Assembly (NCBI GenBank): GCA_015522685.1
Contig: WALU01000018.1
Coordinates: 1 to 63,280 of the forward strand
Length of the DNA stretch: 63,280 bases
Direction of reading: 5' to 3'
Source of the DNA: Thermoproteota archaeon
Lineage (GTDB): Archaea > Korarchaeota > Korarchaeia > Korarchaeales > Korarchaeaceae
Shown: positions 58,528-63,280 of the stretch, one piece after another
Position numbering within the stretch: position 1 is the stretch's first letter
Layout of the letters: every line of letters begins with the position of its first letter
The notes under the pieces: model-generated
Databases searched by the model: none
Seen by the model: only the letters and a program-made list of their open reading frames with translations
What the model was told of the DNA's origin: nothing
Position numbers and translations under genes: made by a program

Positions 58528-59487
58528 CTACTTACTCTGCTTCTTGAACTTCTCTAGCTTCCTAAGTCTCTCCTCTATTCTTGGATGAGTGGAGAGGAGA
58601 CTCATTATCCTCTCGGAGAAGGATACTTCTCTCTTCATTATGGATCTTATGTTCTCCTCGGCAATCTCCTTACGGGTTGGGTCAGCGATCATCAGAGCTT
58701 TGGCGCTAGCCAGCTTAGCTCCCTGTTTGGGATTAGTATTCTCAACTATCTTAACAAGAGCCCTCTGAAGTTTCTCGGCTCCTCCCTCAACGGTAGTGGC
58801 TGAGTGGGCATCTGCGTAAAACTCCCTTAACCTGCTTAGGTGTAAGGCCAATAGATAGAGAAACCATCCTATAACTACAAGAGAAATTCCTATCATATAA
58901 GTATAACCAGATTCGTCCCTATCTCTCGAGCCGTAGCCAAGCATAGATCCCCAAATGAGCCATCTTCCTATATATAAGAAGATGGCTGGAAGGGATGTGG
59001 CGATCATCATCACATGCATATCCCCATGTTTTATATGGCCAACTTCATGGCCCAGAACAGCTTCTATCTCATCCTTATTTAGAGTATGAAGCAGTCCCTC
59101 AGTTACCGCAACTCCATATCCGAAGAGAGGACTTCCGAATGCGAAAGCATTAGGCACTTGGGTTGGAGTTATGTAAACTCTAGGCATCTTCTTAAGTCCG
59201 CTTTTCATGGCGAGCATTTCGATCGTGGAATAAAGCCAAGGTAAATCTCTTCTATCCACAGGCTTTAGCTTGTATATTGTAGTCAGAAGGTATGGTGAAA
59301 CCAACCACATGAGAAAGTTGAAAGCGAGAGCTACAGCTAAGCCACCTATTAATCCGATGCTAGATCCGAGCAAGAGCACAAAAACGAATCCAGAAACGGC
59401 AATTATGAAGGAAAGAGTAAGCATCATATCAACCCTGAGGCCCAGCAGTGAGAGACCTCTTCTCTTGCTCATTTTAATCCCTCTCAA
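58528..59487 (-). CDS. htpX: Zinc metalloprotease HtpX
   Basis: PNAFAFG, VTEGLL, AVLGHEVGH, SRLREFYAD, STHP..EER. Confidence 0.92.
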   Translation of the reverse strand: MRGIKMSKRRGLSLLGLRVDMMLTLSFIIAVSGFVFVLLLGSSIGLIGGLAVALAFNFLMWLVSPYLLTTIYKLKPVDRRDLPWLYSTIEMLAMKSGLKKMPRVYITPTQVPNAFAFGSPLFGYGVAVTEGLLHTLNKDEIEAVLGHEVGHIKHGDMHVMMIATSLPAIFLYIGRWLIWGSMLGYGSRDRDESGYTYMIGISLVVIGWFLYLLALHLSRLREFYADAHSATTVEGGAEKLQRALVKIVENTNPKQGAKLASAKALMIADPTRKEIAEENIRSIMKREVSFSERIMSLLSTHPRIEERLRKLEKFKKQSK

Positions 59488-59636
59488 TTACAGAATGGAC
59501 AATAAACATATAAACGATACTAGTATAAAAGCTTTCATAATAGTCAATTTCTTTCCTTCTTTTATCCACTATCCACTAATATATGCCCACGCACTATTGT
59601 ACTTACCATACTTAATTAAAATTATTTAGCAAGTTT

Positions 59637-59924
59637 TCATCTCCATCCGAGTATGCTGAAGTCCTCAAACTCTCCTTTGTATTTATCCCATTTGACCTTT
59701 ACATTATCCACCCTAGCCAAAGGAGGACCTCCATGTGCCCATTCTATAATTTTCTCTAAAGCTCGCTTTTCTCCCTCCATAGCCGCTTCTACGCTCCCAT
59801 CCTTTACATTCCTTATCCATCCAGTTACTCCTTCCTTTCTGGCGATCTCTCTCATACTGGATCTAAAGAATACACCCTGTACTCTACCATATATCCTAAG
59901 ATATACCCTGGCCCTTTCTTCCAT
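59637..59924 (-). CDS. acyP: Acylphosphatase
   Basis: [26 protein letters not shown]. Start MEERAR at 59924. Confidence 0.95.
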   Translation of the reverse strand: MEERARVYLRIYGRVQGVFFRSSMREIARKEGVTGWIRNVKDGSVEAAMEGEKRALEKIIEWAHGGPPLARVDNVKVKWDKYKGEFEDFSILGWR

Positions 59925-59952
59925 GAGTGCCTCCCTTCCCTCCGATCTCCAC

Positions 59953-60327
59953 TTATATACCATTAGGTTGTTCATATAAATTAAGTATCCTCTCTATTAG
60001 TGATTTTAAGACCCTCAGCTCATTTATCCTTGAGACCAAGGTCTGTAATCCCAAAGGAGTGAGTTTGTATATCTTTTTCCTCCTAGGATCTCCTGGAAGA
60101 GGAGAGGACACTACCAGACCATATGATTCTAGTCTATCCAAAGTTACATATATAAACCCAGCAGGCATTGGCATACCTGTTAAGCTCTCTATCCTCCTCT
60201 TTATTTCATAGCCATGAAAAGTGCCCTTATGTATCATTAAGAGCACTAGCAGGGGATAAAGGCCAGATACACCCAAACTTGGGCCTTCGCCTGCACCTCT
60301 CCTCCATCTTTTCCTCATTTCTATCAT
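59953..60327 (-). CDS. PadR family transcriptional regulator
   Basis: HGYEI...[14 protein letters not shown]...[11 protein letters not shown]. Confidence 0.92.
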   Translation of the reverse strand: MIEMRKRWRRGAGEGPSLGVSGLYPLLVLLMIHKGTFHGYEIKRRIESLTGMPMPAGFIYVTLDRLESYGLVVSSPLPGDPRRKKIYKLTPLGLQTLVSRINELRVLKSLIERILNLYEQPNGI

Positions 60328-60330
60328 ATT

Positions 60331-60346
60331 ATGTAGAAAGTTACAT
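60331..60346. promoter_or_regulatory. Candidate PadR operator ATGT-N8-ACAT
   Basis: ATGTAGAAAGTTACAT between the divergent padR and DUF5320 genes. Confidence 0.6.
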
Positions 60347-60384
60347 TTTTATAGGTTACCATGATATCTATCTTGGTGATATAT

Positions 60385-60810
60385 GTGAGTTGGTGGTTTG
60401 GTGGATGGGGTAGAGGCTGGAGAGGTGGATGGAGAAGAGGCTGGGGCTTTGGCGGTGGATGGGGTAGAGGATGGGCTTGGTGGATCGGTCCCCAATACAT
60501 TTCTAATGCAGCAGCACGTGGCTATACGTATATAGGTCCTTGTAGGAGTGGTGTAGGTCCTTGGGCATTCTATATGTCCCCCAGCGGACAGGTAGTCCAC
60601 GCTTGGCAGGTCTTTGGCTCCAACATGCCATCATGGCCTTGGAGCTCGCCATGGGCAGCTTGGCCTTGGACTGGGAGTACTTCGCCAGTAGCTCCCTCCA
60701 TCCCAACATCAAGTGAGAAGAATATGCTGGAGAGCGAGAAGGAGTATCTGAAGAGGGAATTACAAGAAATAGAAAGAAGACTTAGCGAACTGGAAGGGAA
60801 GAAGTCATGA
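60385..60810 (+). CDS. Gly/Trp/Arg-rich protein with C-terminal coiled coil (DUF5320-like)
   Basis: GGWGRGWRGGW..., YIGPCRSGVGP, EKEYLKRELQEIERRLSELE. Likely GTG start at 60385 after GGTGA. Confidence 0.8.
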   Translation: MSWWFGGWGRGWRGGWRRGWGFGGGWGRGWAWWIGPQYISNAAARGYTYIGPCRSGVGPWAFYMSPSGQVVHAWQVFGSNMPSWPWSSPWAAWPWTGSTSPVAPSIPTSSEKNMLESEKEYLKRELQEIERRLSELEGKKS

Positions 60811-61280
60811 GAGTAGCTATCCCCTTAGATACTTCAGAAGGACCTAATTCAAAGGTATCTTATCTCTTTGGCCGCGCTCCGTTCATAGCTATCGTCGAAG
60901 TTCAGGACCAGAAGTTGATTGATTTGAGAGTGGAGAGCAGTCCCTATGCCCAAATTCCAGGAGGGGCCGGTCCTTCACTGGTTCAGTATTTGAGGAGCAT
61001 GGGAGTTCAGGCGGTGCTTGCCAGTGACATAGGTCCAAATGCTGCATCGATTTTATCGGCGTCAGGTATGATGTGGATACCAGTTCCAGCAGGAATAACT
61101 GCGCAGGAAGCGATTGAGACCTACATGAAAACTCCTCTACCACAGGCATTACCTCTTCCAGTGGCAGCGTCTCCATATCCTCTCACTAAAGAGGAAGAAA
61201 TAAAGTGGCTGAAAGAAAGGGAAGACTGGATTAAAAAGAGACTAGAAGAAATAGATAAGAGATTGGAGGAGATATCTTAG
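60807..61280 (+). CDS. NifB/NifX-family protein with Pro-rich linker and coiled-coil tail (IssA/SipA-like)
   Basis: RVAIP, FGRAP, GGAGP, IGPNA; tail EEEIKWLKE...RLEEI. Confidence 0.88.
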   Translation: MRVAIPLDTSEGPNSKVSYLFGRAPFIAIVEVQDQKLIDLRVESSPYAQIPGGAGPSLVQYLRSMGVQAVLASDIGPNAASILSASGMMWIPVPAGITAQEAIETYMKTPLPQALPLPVAASPYPLTKEEEIKWLKEREDWIKKRLEEIDKRLEEIS

Positions 61281-61349
61281 GTATAACCCTCTCTACTATC
61301 TACTTTTCTTTTTTCTTTTTCTTCGTCCTAATAGTTATCTTCTGGTTCT

Positions 61350-62129
61350 CTATGATGTTTCAAGACTTCCTAAGCTTCTTCCTGCGCAAGAGTATATCAT
61401 TATCAGGGATATTATAGAAAGTATGAATCCTGCTATAGCTATGTATGGAATTAGAGATAGTATTACGCTTATTATATATATTATACCTGCAGTTTTGAAC
61501 CCTGGTTCTACATTCTTTATCTCTCCGAGCCTCATTATCATTATCCCGAAGAATATCGAGCCTACCAAAGCCAAGATACCTACTATCATCATTAGCAAGA
61601 GTAGAGAGGCTGCTGCTCCAATCAAACCTCTCATATGAGCAGGACCTATGAAAGGAAATGGACCAGTAGGGACAAAGGTGCTGGTACTGAAAGAAGTTAC
61701 CGCAAAGAATCCAATAGCTGATACCCCAGCAATTATAATGAGGATTATGGCCATTATCATGAGAAGGATGCCAGTCTTCCCTATACCTAACCTGCTCCTG
61801 TCATACTCCTTTAGATAGCTCGCAGCCTTATATAACTTATAGAAGGAAAATATTGTCAAAATGATCGCTATCAAAGCAGCTCCGAATATGAGAAGTACCT
61901 GAGTTATCATAAGACCTGCTAAGGGCATTATCTTAGGACCCATTGGACCAGATAATGCCATTGGGCGGAGTAAAGATGTTATTGCAAATAGGGGGGCGAA
62001 GGCTATAGTGAGAGCTATAATCGAAATTATCTCAAATAGAGCTCCCGACTTTAAGTCCCTTAAACCACTAATTAGAGAATCTAGCTCACCTCCGCCATAA
62101 AAAGTCATGTCGATATCACCTCCTATCAT
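61350..62129 (-). CDS. DUF973-like membrane protein
   Basis: GLRDLKSG, multiple TMs, FKTAGII, typical of the archaeal DUF973/DUF996 families. Confidence 0.7.
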   Translation of the reverse strand: MIGGDIDMTFYGGGELDSLISGLRDLKSGALFEIISIIALTIAFAPLFAITSLLRPMALSGPMGPKIMPLAGLMITQVLLIFGAALIAIILTIFSFYKLYKAASYLKEYDRSRLGIGKTGILLMIMAIILIIIAGVSAIGFFAVTSFSTSTFVPTGPFPFIGPAHMRGLIGAAASLLLLMMIVGILALVGSIFFGIMIMRLGEIKNVEPGFKTAGIIYIISVILSLIPYIAIAGFILSIISLIMIYSCAGRSLGSLETS

Positions 62130-62304
62130 ATCTTCATGAGTTCTAATTTGCCTAGAGATTATATATACCTCTAATTTAAAGATTTATAAAAAGCAGCAAA
62201 TCTTAGGTAAGCTTAAAGAAAATAGGAAGTAGTAAGAGAAGATATACAGCTAAAATCCGTGATAAGTAAAATCTGAGATGACATCTTAGATAACATTGAG
62301 ATTT

Positions 62305-63078
62305 CTAATAAACGAATACACTGTTAATTTTCCTTTCCCTCAAATACTCTCTAAGAGACTTTTTTATCTTTTCGTAATATGTATCCAAGCTGACTGACCA
62401 ACTAGTTAGTCCCATCTCTGAGAAAGTTCGATCAATCCTGCTGAAAATACCTGGCTTGAAATTCAACTTGTCAAAGTAAATCACGTCAGTGTAATCCTTC
62501 ACTTCTTCTACGATACTAATTAGCTCTCTCGCACTCATTCTCGGAAGTATGGGACCAATGAAGGTGAAAGTTCTTATACCATTTTCCTTGAGTTTCATTA
62601 GAGCATTTATCCTATCTGAGACTGGAGGAGCATGAGGCTCGAATATTTTCCTTATATCCTCATCTAGTGTGATTATTGTGAAACCTATGCTTGCTTCCAT
62701 ATCACTTATGATATCAATGTCCCTCAAAACTAAGGGAGACTTAGTCTGAATTATCGCAGGCCAACCATTTCTCATTAATATATTTAAGATCTTCCTTGTT
62801 AATTCATATCTGGACTCTATATACTGGTAAGGGTCCGTTAAGGATGATAGATACACAACACCTTTCTTTTTCTTAGTTATCTCCTTTGAAAGGATATTGG
62901 GGGCATTCACCTTGACATAAACGTAGCTCCCCCAAGGCTCCAAATATCCCCTAAGCTTGGTGTAGTAATGAGCGTAGCAGTAAATACAAGCATGCATACA
63001 TCCTATATATGGATTTATGCAATAATCGCCTATAGAACTCCTGTTTAATATACTTCTAGCTCTTATCTCCCCAATCAC
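62305..63078 (-). CDS. Radical SAM protein, SplB-like (DNA-repair associated)
   Basis: INPYIGCMHACIYCYA, TDPYQ..E, IQTKS.LVLRD, FEPHAPP. Confidence 0.88.
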   Translation of the reverse strand: MIGEIRARSILNRSSIGDYCINPYIGCMHACIYCYAHYYTKLRGYLEPWGSYVYVKVNAPNILSKEITKKKKGVVYLSSLTDPYQYIESRYELTRKILNILMRNGWPAIIQTKSPLVLRDIDIISDMEASIGFTIITLDEDIRKIFEPHAPPVSDRINALMKLKENGIRTFTFIGPILPRMSARELISIVEEVKDYTDVIYFDKLNFKPGIFSRIDRTFSEMGLTSWSVSLDTYYEKIKKSLREYLRERKINSVFVY

Positions 63079-63113
63079 ACTAATTTATATGAAGGTTTAT
63101 CCTAAAAATATGA

Positions 63114-63280
63114 ATGAAGAAACTCAGGCTCTTGGCCGAGAACTATAGAGTTAAGAAGCTAGAGAAGGTAGAGATAAAATCTATACTTAGATTCGCTCCT
63201 AAGATCGAGAGCAGAAGTATGACTGGTTCATCCCCTCCGGAGATATTTGTCGGCAGATTCGGTTATCCTAAGGTATATAT
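63114..63280 (+). CDS. nre: Nre family DNA repair protein (3' truncated by window edge)
   Basis: Not in the ORF track: MKKLRLL...GSSPPEIFVGRFGYPKVY, the Nre signature. Confidence 0.85.
   Translation, partial: MKKLRLLAENYRVKKLEKVEIKSILRFAPKIESRSMTGSSPPEIFVGRFGYPKVY

Noticed and set aside
306-61638. Numerous 60-176 aa ORFs antisense to or overlapping the called genes (e.g. 3490-4020, 10451-10894, 12733-13185, 27718-28137, 57103-57498)
   Set aside because: Shadow ORFs of well-supported genes, with no motifs of their own.
63261-63268. GGTTATCC half-site of the Mo/W operator
   Set aside because: It lies inside the Nre coding sequence (GYP codons) and has no second half.
1-63280. CRISPR array, rRNA, tRNA or transposase
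   Set aside because: No regularly spaced repeats, cloverleaf/T-loop signatures or transposase motifs were seen by eye. A covariance-model scan could still find small RNAs.

Overview
63-kb chromosomal window from a thermophilic, probably anaerobic archaeon (AGA/AGG and ATA-rich codons, T-tract terminators, GGTGA/GGAGG SD sites, tetraether-lipid synthase, di-myo-inositol-phosphate enzyme). A TACK/Korarchaeota-like origin is only an impression. Contents in order: a Liv-type ABC transporter; a four-gene operon that looks like leuA/C/D/B but whose sequences point to Re-citrate synthase, a LeuCD-type hydratase and isocitrate dehydrogenase, next to glnA; DUF763, UDG4 and nadE; an RDD-SpoIIM fusion; an extended IPCT/DIPPS; tandem wtpABC and modABC-modD operons inside a duplicated block, each preceded by the same perfect palindrome (GGTTATCCGATATCGGATAACC) and lying next to a ModE-like regulator; an APC permease / metallophosphoesterase / nucleotidyltransferase module; a Psr/Phs-type molybdoenzyme preceded by two perfect palindromes; DUF3160; a TetR-ABC-MFS export locus; tetraether synthase Tes with an intein splitting its CxxxCxxC motif; an archaeal ATPase with an upstream tandem repeat; a SpoIIM/DUF95-rich decaying island; MenA-like and CoA-disulfide-reductase genes; a PadR / DUF5320 / NifX cluster resembling a split IssA; a SplB-like radical SAM gene; and the start of Nre. 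No rRNA, tRNA, CRISPR array or transposase was seen. All family assignments come from motif recognition and recall, not from database searches.
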